Of a stretch of 64,000 bases of DNA, positions 54,312 through 64,000 are shown piece after piece. The translations under genes were made by a program, and so were the position numbers. Each line of letters opens with the position of its first letter. Position 1 is the first letter of the stretch. This stretch comes from Geobacteraceae bacterium (lineage in GTDB: Bacteria; Desulfobacterota; Desulfuromonadia; Geobacterales; Geobacteraceae), in assembly GCA_040773465.1 (NCBI GenBank), contig JAXGWF010000013.1, positions 11,408-75,407 of the forward strand, in the 5' to 3' direction. A model generated the notes under the pieces. It was not told where the DNA came from. It did no database searches and saw nothing but the letters and a program-made list of their open reading frames with translations.

Positions 54312-57560
<3,249 letters not shown>

Positions 57561-57632
57561 CGGCACGAAGCGGCACCCGATACGCGGCCGCAACCGTGCG
57601 ACAACGAATATTTCAGAGATGCAACTACGCCT

Positions 57633-57664
57633 GGGGCGGCCTTTTCGGCTGCCCCTCACGTTTT
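57633..57664 (+). terminator. Probable carB terminator
   Basis: ggggcggcc/ggctgcccc hairpin (one G-U pair) followed by tcacgtttt. Confidence 0.45.
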
Positions 57665-57781
57665 ACGGCGGGTAAATTTCAAAACCACTGTCACTCGGCA
57701 CGGATCGCGGACCGTCCGCTTGGAACGGCCGGCCGAACGACCACGCCGTTTTCAACACCGTACCAGGAGGCTAGCACCACC

Positions 57782-58258
57782 ATGTCCCATTCAGTACCAA
57801 TGACCAAGGAAAGCTACGAAACTCTTCAGGATGAACTGAAGCGCCTCATTAGGGAAGAGCGCCCGAAAGTCATTCAGGATATCGCCGAAGCACGATCCCA
57901 TGGGGATCTTTCGGAAAACGCGGAATATGACGCGGCCAAGCACCGGCAAGGCTTCATCGAGGGTCGGATCCAGGAGCTCAAGGACAAACTGGCCCGCGCC
58001 TATGTCGTGGACCTGAGCAACCTGAAACCGGACAAGGTTGTTTTCGGCGCGACGGTAACCCTCTACGATACGTTGTCCGAGGAAGAGGTTACCTACCGGA
58101 TCGTGGGAGAAGACGAAGCGGACATCAAGCTGGGCAAGATGTCGTGTTCCTCGCCGGTGGGAAAAGCCCTGATCGGCCACCGGCTGGACGACACGGTTCG
58201 GGTCAAGGTACCGTCAGGCCTCAAGGAATACGAAATTATCGACATCCGCTATATGTAA
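57782..58258 (+). CDS. greA: Transcription elongation factor GreA
   Basis: MSHSVPMTKESYETLQDELKRL.. 158 aa. AGGAGG lies 11 nt upstream of ATG 57782. Confidence 0.95.
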   Translation: MSHSVPMTKESYETLQDELKRLIREERPKVIQDIAEARSHGDLSENAEYDAAKHRQGFIEGRIQELKDKLARAYVVDLSNLKPDKVVFGATVTLYDTLSEEEVTYRIVGEDEADIKLGKMSCSSPVGKALIGHRLDDTVRVKVPSGLKEYEIIDIRYM

Positions 58259-58259
58259 G

Positions 58260-58334
58260 GGGCGAACCCATGGGTTCGCCCAGAACGGGTACTGTCGGAT
58301 AAATCCGAAATCGGGCAGATCCATGTATCTGCCC
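58260..58334. terminator. Two hairpins between convergent greA and the anti-sigma gene
   Basis: gggcgaaccc/gggttcgccc (58260-58281) and gggcagat/atctgccc (58313-58334). Neither has a strong T-run. Confidence 0.4.
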
Positions 58335-59348
58335 TTACATTCCCTTCCTTTTGACAGTCAAACGCAGCTCGATCGGCTCGTCTCCCTCCGGAATCGATAC
58401 GGTGCCCGACAGCTTCCCCAATTTTTCCAGTCGTTCGAGATAGGCATCGAGCAAACTCCGCCGCATACGAACAACGATAACCCGCTCCGCATTCTTCTCC
58501 GTATCCCGGCGCAGGACCATGCCGCCGTGCCGCGCCGTTTCCCGCGCTGCCTCCCGCTCCGCCGAGTCGGGATCGTCAACGGAGAGTTCCAGCCGCAGCG
58601 TCTCGATCCCCTTGACATCCAGGGATTTACTCTGCAGCAGGCCGGAAGGGCTTTTGCCTTCTCTTGCAAGATTGGCCGAATCAGCCGACGGCGCAACTGA
58701 TCGGGCACGCTCCTGACCATCCATCCGGAGCTCGCCAATGCCCTTATCTTCCACCTTGGGCGGCGCTCCTGCAAAATGCGGGGAGAGCGGCGCTTCCTGA
58801 CGGGGTGGCGAAGAAGAATGCCCGGCCGAAGTGGCAGACGACACCGGTGACTCCCTGTGCTTTTTCTTGCGGACCGGTTGAGGCTTTTTCCATGCGGTAG
58901 CCGGCTCAGCATCGGTGTCCCGGGAAGAGTCTTCCGACGGTGTCGGTGCGAGCGCTTCGTGTCGGATCTCGCCCGAAAGGGGAACAATCTGTTTCATATC
59001 GGAAGAAACATTGCGGTACACGAGATAACCGGTCACGGTGACGAATAAGAGAGCAGCAGCCTCCAGTGGAATTCTCCAGCGCAACGGCATCCGCACAAGA
59101 CGGCGCAGCAGACCGGATTCCCGGCCCGCATCTTCCCTGACCCGCGCCATTACCCGAGCCGTAAACCACGCCGGCGGCTCCACCGCACCGAGATCCCGCA
59201 CCTGTATAACCGTCTTTTCCAGTTCCCGGAGCGTCTTCCGGCACTCGCCGCACTCGGCAAGGTGCTTTTCGATCAGGAGTTTCTCCGCGGGAGTAACGGC
59301 CCCGTCCAGGTAAGCCGACAGTTTTTGGCATATGGCTTCGTGATCCAT
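58335..59348 (-). CDS. Anti-sigma factor (zf-HC2 N-domain, single TM, extracytoplasmic C-domain)
   Basis: HLAECGECRKTLRELE zinc-finger motif and TM LEAAALLFVTVTGYLVY. The ATG overlaps the sigma gene stop (TGATG). Confidence 0.75.
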   Translation of the reverse strand: MDHEAICQKLSAYLDGAVTPAEKLLIEKHLAECGECRKTLRELEKTVIQVRDLGAVEPPAWFTARVMARVREDAGRESGLLRRLVRMPLRWRIPLEAAALLFVTVTGYLVYRNVSSDMKQIVPLSGEIRHEALAPTPSEDSSRDTDAEPATAWKKPQPVRKKKHRESPVSSATSAGHSSSPPRQEAPLSPHFAGAPPKVEDKGIGELRMDGQERARSVAPSADSANLAREGKSPSGLLQSKSLDVKGIETLRLELSVDDPDSAEREAARETARHGGMVLRRDTEKNAERVIVVRMRRSLLDAYLERLEKLGKLSGTVSIPEGDEPIELRLTVKRKGM

Positions 59349-59962
59349 CAGAAATCTCCCAGAACCCGTTTCAGGCATTCCCTGACAGCATCCCGCGCCC
59401 TGGCAATTCGGGATTTAACGGTTCCTTCCGCCAGGTTCAACATGGTACCGATCTCCTGATAGGTATACTCCTCAACGTCCCGCAGCACGAGCACCTCGCG
59501 GAAAGGAAGCTCCAGGCCGTTGATGCAGACCTGGACTCGCCGGCGCATCTCCTCTCGCTCCAGCAATTCATGGGCGGAGGGATTAGCCGAGGGAAAGTCG
59601 TGCGTCATGGCACATCCATCACATCTCGGAACCGGATCATCCAGGGAGCAGCTCTCGCGTGACTTCCGGGTCCGGGTCTGCCGCAACCGATTGCGCGCCA
59701 AATTCACGGTAATGGTCGTGAGCCAGGTAGTGAAAGCCGAATCGCCGCGGAATTTCGCCAACCCCCGGTAGGCGGCGATAAAGGCATCCTGAGCCACTTC
59801 GCCCGCGTCCTCGTAATTGCCGAGAATCCGGAAGGCAAGGGTGAATATCCGTGCCTGGTACTTCATGACCAGCGTCTCGAAGGCAGCGAGATTTCCCGCG
59901 CGGCACGAGGTGACGAGTTCAGCATCCTCGTCCGGAATCGATCGTTTTTTTCTTCCTATCAT
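59348..59962 (-). CDS. ECF (sigma-24/RpoE-like) RNA polymerase sigma factor
   Basis: Region 2 (..DAFIAAYRGLAKFRGDSAFTTWL..) and region 4 (..YQEIGTMLNLAEGTVKSRIARAR..). Confidence 0.9.
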   Translation of the reverse strand: MIGRKKRSIPDEDAELVTSCRAGNLAAFETLVMKYQARIFTLAFRILGNYEDAGEVAQDAFIAAYRGLAKFRGDSAFTTWLTTITVNLARNRLRQTRTRKSRESCSLDDPVPRCDGCAMTHDFPSANPSAHELLEREEMRRRVQVCINGLELPFREVLVLRDVEEYTYQEIGTMLNLAEGTVKSRIARARDAVRECLKRVLGDF

Positions 59963-60185
59963 AGGAGACAGTCACGGTGCGGATTTTGTTCCCTGACCCG
60001 CTCGGTCGTTTGATTATTAACGGTCCTATCATTCATAAAAAGGCAAGGGCACAGCCATGCCAGCATGACCGGCGATACTCCAGTCGACCTGAAACCTGAC
60101 AGGCCTTGTCCTATCAGGACCGCCTCTGTCATAAGCACGGCAAAGTTCACTCTAAAGTTTCAGGCGGTATAAAGCCATCGGAGAT

Positions 60186-60707
60186 TCAATCTTTCCCCTG
60201 CAGCCTCGCATAATATTCGCGATAGGCATCATAGTCACGGCAGGAATAGAGGACGAAAACAACTTTTTCCGGGATTTCGTGCCGTTCCAGAAATGCAATA
60301 GTCGTGTCCAGGGCAATTCGGCACGCCTCCTCGACAGGGTAGCCATAAGCACCGCAACTGATGGCGGGGAAGGCAATGCTTCCAATCTCGTGCCGGGCGG
60401 CCAGGGCAAGCGAGTTTTCATAGCATGCAGCAAGGAGCCGAGGCGCCTCTTCCCGGTCGATACCGTACACCGGCCCCACAGTGTGGATAATGAAACGGGC
60501 CGGAAGATTGTATCCAGAGGTTATTCTCGCCTCACCCGTGGGACACCAGCCAATCGAGCGGCACTCTTCCAGGAGTCCGGAGCCGGCTGCCCAGTGTATC
60601 ATCCCGTCAACACCCGCGCCCCCTTCGAGCGTGCTGTTGGCGGCATTCACAATGGCGTCCACCTCCATGGCCGTAATATCCCCCATCCTGATTAGTATCC
60701 TGTCCAC
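60186..60707 (-). CDS. Macro domain protein (O-acetyl-ADP-ribose deacetylase, YmdB-like)
   Basis: GDITAMEVDAIVNAANSTLEGGAGVDG.. and ..HTVGP.. ..SIAFPAISCGAYGYP. Start re-picked to GTG 60707, preceded by AAGGGGG. The track extension contains the promoter. Confidence 0.85.
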   Translation of the reverse strand: MDRILIRMGDITAMEVDAIVNAANSTLEGGAGVDGMIHWAAGSGLLEECRSIGWCPTGEARITSGYNLPARFIIHTVGPVYGIDREEAPRLLAACYENSLALAARHEIGSIAFPAISCGAYGYPVEEACRIALDTTIAFLERHEIPEKVVFVLYSCRDYDAYREYYARLQGKD

Positions 60708-60771
60708 GGCTACCCCCTTGTACCCACCGTGCGGGATAAGGCAGTCCCTCCCCCGGCAAACATCCGTACTG

Positions 60772-60800
60772 ATTATAGCGGCAATGGCCGACAAGTACAA
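60772..60800 (-). promoter_or_regulatory. Sigma-70-type promoter of the macro-domain gene
   Basis: The minus strand reads TTGTAC-N17-TATAAT. Confidence 0.4.
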
Positions 60801-60819
60801 CGAACACCACTTTGGCGCT

Positions 60820-60862
60820 AAAAAAAGGGGGACGACGTCCCAATAGACGTCGCCCCCTTTTT
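60820..60862. terminator. Bidirectional terminator after the YjfB-like gene
   Basis: aaaaaaa gggggacgacg ... cgtcgccccc ttttt. Confidence 0.6.
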
Positions 60863-60928
60863 GCCGGGTGCACAGGCATGGGTTTTACCTACTATGATTG
60901 TGCTGCACCTACTGATTGAACCACTTGT

Positions 60929-61120
60929 TTACGCATACGTCGAAAACCCGCCCTGCTGCGTATCCACGGCGGGTGGTACTACCGCTGCATTCCTGGCGAG
61001 CATGTCCGCCACCTGCTTTTGGGCTTCATTCGCCTGTTTTACCGCGGCCATGCCCATCAGGGTCTGGGCCATCTGCTCCTGGACGAGCAGTGCCTGACTT
61101 GCCAATGAACGTATTTCCAT
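60929..61120 (-). CDS. YjfB-like putative motility-associated small protein
   Basis: MEIRSLASQALLVQEQMAQTLMGMAAVKQANEAQKQ.. resembles the YjfB family (PF14070). ATG 61120 lies 6 nt after GGGGGAGG. Confidence 0.5.
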   Translation of the reverse strand: MEIRSLASQALLVQEQMAQTLMGMAAVKQANEAQKQVADMLARNAAVVPPAVDTQQGGFSTYA

Positions 61121-61233
61121 ACCGTACCTCCCCCATGCTACCCGTTTCATTCTTTTCGGCAAATCAGGGCTTTTCTTGAGACTCTATATGAAAAAGACCT
61201 GGATTTATCTGTTCCGCGGCACGGCATCGGGAA

Positions 61234-63840
61234 TCATTCCGTCTGATAGCAGACGACTTTCTGCTTGAAGGCATCGGCGGCAAGGATGATATCTCCCGAA
61301 GCCCCCACAACGTCGGAGGTATGAATCACCTTGACGACATGTGTCCATTCTTCCCCTTCCGGAATGAATTCAAGTAAGCGGTTCGGATAATGCTTGAAGA
61401 AGTCTTCCGATAGAAAGTTACCGCCTTTGCTGGGAAACAATGCCAGGTACAACATATCCATCTCGATCAATTCGTTGAGGAAATGGGTGCCGAGGGATAC
61501 GTCCGGAACCAGGTTCTCACGCATAGCAACAATCTCACAGACCACGGCGATGCGGTTGATATCGGCAAAGACCACCGGAATTCCCAGAGAAGGACAACTG
61601 GTGCCCCACCGTCCCGCACCCAACACCACGACATTTTCACTGCCGTCCGGCGCGATGGTCTGATTCAGTCTGCCGATCAACCTGGCCACTTCGTGTCGCT
61701 CCTGGAGTGTCAATTTTCCATAAGCCTCCGGCACTACGAAAACCAGCCGGTCGACTCTGATTTGGCGGCTGTGACCGATAACCGCACCGCTGGCGGCAAT
61801 GATCCGTTTCTCGGCAGGCGCTTCCGTCGGTATCGGCGCAAGAGTGTCCATGCCCTTGATCGGCAAGGGCCGACATTGTACTACATGGATGCGATAATCA
61901 ACGTCATCCAGGAAATTGAGGGTGAACTCAACGTCAACCGGGTAATTATACGCTTCGTGAAGTACCTGCAGCATGGTTTTCATGTTATCGACAAAATCAG
62001 TGGACCTGAGCAGCTTATCGAAGGTCAGTACCCACGTGGGTCTGCTGGTGCCTTCCATACCCCAGCCCGGACTGGAGTCTGTCGAGGCGAAGAGGCGTAC
62101 GGGAACATCGGGACTTGCGGCAATGACATCGAGGAAATGCCCTGATACGAGACGGTTTGCGTCCAGATCGAGAAAATCAACCCGGCGCTGTGCATACTGC
62201 CGTACTTCCTCGAAGTTTACCTCAGGCCGACGGTCAGGCGCATTAAGGGCAACCACCCGCGTATAATCGTCGTCGGAACGATCCACGGCCCGGGTACCCA
62301 GCCCGAATACAAGCCGCACGACTCCTGCCTTCGGATCGATATTTTCGTTCCAGACATAGGGATTGAAAGAAAATCCGACACCTGCGGCATGAGGATAGTA
62401 ATAATGCCCGTGAATGGCCCCGGACACCCGCATCACCAGCAACGCCATCTGCTCGTCCTGCTCGAGAAGCCTTTTTTGTTCCCGGTACCGCAGGGCTTTC
62501 TCGCTCATACTGCTCGCGTAAATGCTCCGCACGGCGGAAAGGAAATCCTCCAGACGACGCTCCCGTGGTCCCTGGTTGGGACAGAACACGCTTTCATACT
62601 TTCCCGCAAATGAGTTGCCGAAATTGTCTTCCAGCAGGGAACTGGAGCGAACTATTATCGGTGACTGCCCGAAATAACCCAACATCTGCTCAAACTGCTT
62701 CACAATGTAGTCAGGAAACTGGCCGGTGAGTATCCGTTGCCGCGCCAATTCCGAGCCCTCCAAAAACGTATCGGGATTACTCTGTTTTTCGCGGACCCAC
62801 CAGACACCGTTACGAACCAGGAAAGTAAAAAAAACGTCCGAACCGACATAGAATGAATCGTGGTCCTCCAGCAACTGGGCGAACCGCGGTGAATTGACCT
62901 GTAAAATCCTGCGTGCCAGGAGCATACCGACTGTCTTGCCTCCGATGAGGCCCGTACCGATCATGCGCCGACGTATTTCCAGGATATCTTCAAGCCGCAG
63001 ATAATTGGACACGAGACTTTTTATTACAGGATCGCGAGACACCATCATCCGGCACAGGCGCCGGAACATCTCCTGCTCCCTCTCGGGAGAACAGGTTCCG
63101 GCCTTCACCCGCACCAGGACATCTTCGCCCTCGGCGAAAGCACGCTCCCAATACCCAGGCCGGCTGTCGTTATCCAATCCCGACCAGTTGACGGACGCAA
63201 GGATCGAGCTTATCAGGGCACTGCACGTAACGGGAATAAATTCTTCACCTTTCCAGACATGGAGCATGTTCATAGTAGGTGAATAGCGCAGGTGGACCTT
63301 CTGAGGATAGATATAACGGTTTCCCTCGAAGGAATACACGTCGAGAAACAGTTGCGTTGTTTCGAAAATGGGCTTCAAGGCATGCGATGAATGGTAATTG
63401 CGAAACAGCGCAAAATAGGCAACCGTTTCCAGGTCGAAAAGATACGGACAGGTCAGAACGAAAAAATTTCCAAGCATCTGGTCGGAATACCAGTCCGCTG
63501 CCAGCTCCGAAAGACAATCAAAAACATAAAGGGCTCCGCGGCCGGCTTTTTCAATAACCCGGTGAATTCGGGATATGAAGGCTTCGAAACCGGCGTTGGG
63601 ATCCAGTTCCACCAGGGTAATACCGTTGTTCTTCTCGATTATCGGCATATGACTGGCAAATCGAAAGTATGCGATCTTTCGCCCGGTAGCAAGACCCGCC
63701 TTGACAAAGGGCATGACCAATGCCTGGTAATCTTCGACGGTGTCGACCTGCCATACGACATTGTCACCAGGCAGTATTCCTTTCAAAGACTTGTCGAGTC
63801 CCGGTAACCCTGAAGTGAATGTGGTCTCGTATGTATACAT
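61234..63840 (-). CDS. PEP/pyruvate-binding (PPDK_N ATP-grasp) domain protein with a KaiC/RecA-like but P-loop-less N-terminal domain
   Basis: GGKTVGMLLAR, IVRSSSLLEDNFGNSFAGKYESV and LVFGLGTRAVD resemble PF01326. The N-terminus reads GLPGLDKSLKGILPGDNVVWQVD. Start at ATG 63840, 7 nt after AGGAGG; the track start at 63996 has no RBS. Confidence 0.8.
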   Translation of the reverse strand: MYTYETTFTSGLPGLDKSLKGILPGDNVVWQVDTVEDYQALVMPFVKAGLATGRKIAYFRFASHMPIIEKNNGITLVELDPNAGFEAFISRIHRVIEKAGRGALYVFDCLSELAADWYSDQMLGNFFVLTCPYLFDLETVAYFALFRNYHSSHALKPIFETTQLFLDVYSFEGNRYIYPQKVHLRYSPTMNMLHVWKGEEFIPVTCSALISSILASVNWSGLDNDSRPGYWERAFAEGEDVLVRVKAGTCSPEREQEMFRRLCRMMVSRDPVIKSLVSNYLRLEDILEIRRRMIGTGLIGGKTVGMLLARRILQVNSPRFAQLLEDHDSFYVGSDVFFTFLVRNGVWWVREKQSNPDTFLEGSELARQRILTGQFPDYIVKQFEQMLGYFGQSPIIVRSSSLLEDNFGNSFAGKYESVFCPNQGPRERRLEDFLSAVRSIYASSMSEKALRYREQKRLLEQDEQMALLVMRVSGAIHGHYYYPHAAGVGFSFNPYVWNENIDPKAGVVRLVFGLGTRAVDRSDDDYTRVVALNAPDRRPEVNFEEVRQYAQRRVDFLDLDANRLVSGHFLDVIAASPDVPVRLFASTDSSPGWGMEGTSRPTWVLTFDKLLRSTDFVDNMKTMLQVLHEAYNYPVDVEFTLNFLDDVDYRIHVVQCRPLPIKGMDTLAPIPTEAPAEKRIIAASGAVIGHSRQIRVDRLVFVVPEAYGKLTLQERHEVARLIGRLNQTIAPDGSENVVVLGAGRWGTSCPSLGIPVVFADINRIAVVCEIVAMRENLVPDVSLGTHFLNELIEMDMLYLALFPSKGGNFLSEDFFKHYPNRLLEFIPEGEEWTHVVKVIHTSDVVGASGDIILAADAFKQKVVCYQTE

Positions 63841-64000
63841 GCTTGGTCCTCCTGGTTCTCCCGCTTCACGGCAAAAAACCTTGGCAAGGTGCAATAATTG
63901 CGGAAACATCTCCCCGGCTGGCACCGGCAGACTACCAAGTCGACGGTAAAGACTTCGAACCGGACGACGCAGGCGCGCCTCGTCCGCCGCGGTCATGTCG

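Noticed and set aside
57596-57781. N-terminal extensions in the ORF track, for example at greA, ftsK, mraZ, groES, pyrC, xdhC, the macro-domain gene, the LDT gene and the PEP-binding gene.
   Set aside because: The track takes the longest ATG/GTG/TTG ORF. In each case an internal start has a proper RBS or operon junction. The extension overlaps a terminator, promoter, operator, riboswitch or repeat.
59963-60185. An autoregulated ECF promoter (GAACTT -35 element) upstream of the sigma gene.
   Set aside because: A TGAACTT is present on the minus strand, but I found no suitably spaced -10 element (TCTRA/CGTC-like), so a promoter call would be guesswork.

Overview
This window reads as conserved chromosomal core of a moderately GC-rich deltaproteobacterium, probably Desulfuromonadales/Geobacter-like. 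That assignment is inferred only from protein sequences and gene order. From left to right it contains:
- dinB (5'-truncated by the window edge), tRNA-Val, and an Lpp-like lipoprotein convergent with a LysM-YkuD L,D-transpeptidase.
- cobO, then groES-groEL behind a perfect CIRCE operator, and two tandem DUF507 genes.
- A Thermotoga-type DAHP synthase, followed by a structured non-coding stretch.
- polA with a small DUF4177 gene.
- A probable Moco riboswitch leading an xdhC-like gene and a modC-like ATPase, then modA. No permease gene is present.
- A translationally coupled plsC ... rnj operon, then ftsK.
- An archaeal-type SAM synthetase.
- A two-gene type II restriction-modification islet with AT-rich flanks, the only clearly accessory DNA in the window.
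- The complete 16-gene dcw cluster on the minus strand (mraZ rsmH ftsL ftsI murE murF mraY murD ftsW murG murC murB ddl ftsQ ftsA ftsZ), with a recognisable promoter and MraZ-box repeats.
- Two small unknown genes, RNase P RNA, a Zn-ribbon gene, a Nif3-like gene, tRNA-Met(CAT) and rlmD.
- A PyrR-attenuated pyrR-pyrB-pyrC-carA-(radical SAM)-carB block, then greA.
- An ECF sigma/anti-sigma pair, a macro-domain protein, a YjfB-like peptide and a large PEP/pyruvate-binding fusion protein.

I found no rRNA, CRISPR array, transposase, integrase or prophage genes. I did not find a convincing multi-gene novel system. The most unusual items are:
- The P-loop-less KaiC-like + PPDK_N fusion protein.
- The riboswitch-led xdhC/modC/modA locus that lacks modB.
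- An inverted array of tandem TTGAAC heptads between pyrB and pyrC.
- A 163-bp inverted-repeat element overlapping the polA stop codon, next to a candidate sRNA.
- The archaeal-type MAT beside the R-M islet.
- The Lpp-like/L,D-transpeptidase pair.

Many ORF-track starts are over-extended. I re-picked starts where an RBS, an operon junction or a promoter made the choice clear.
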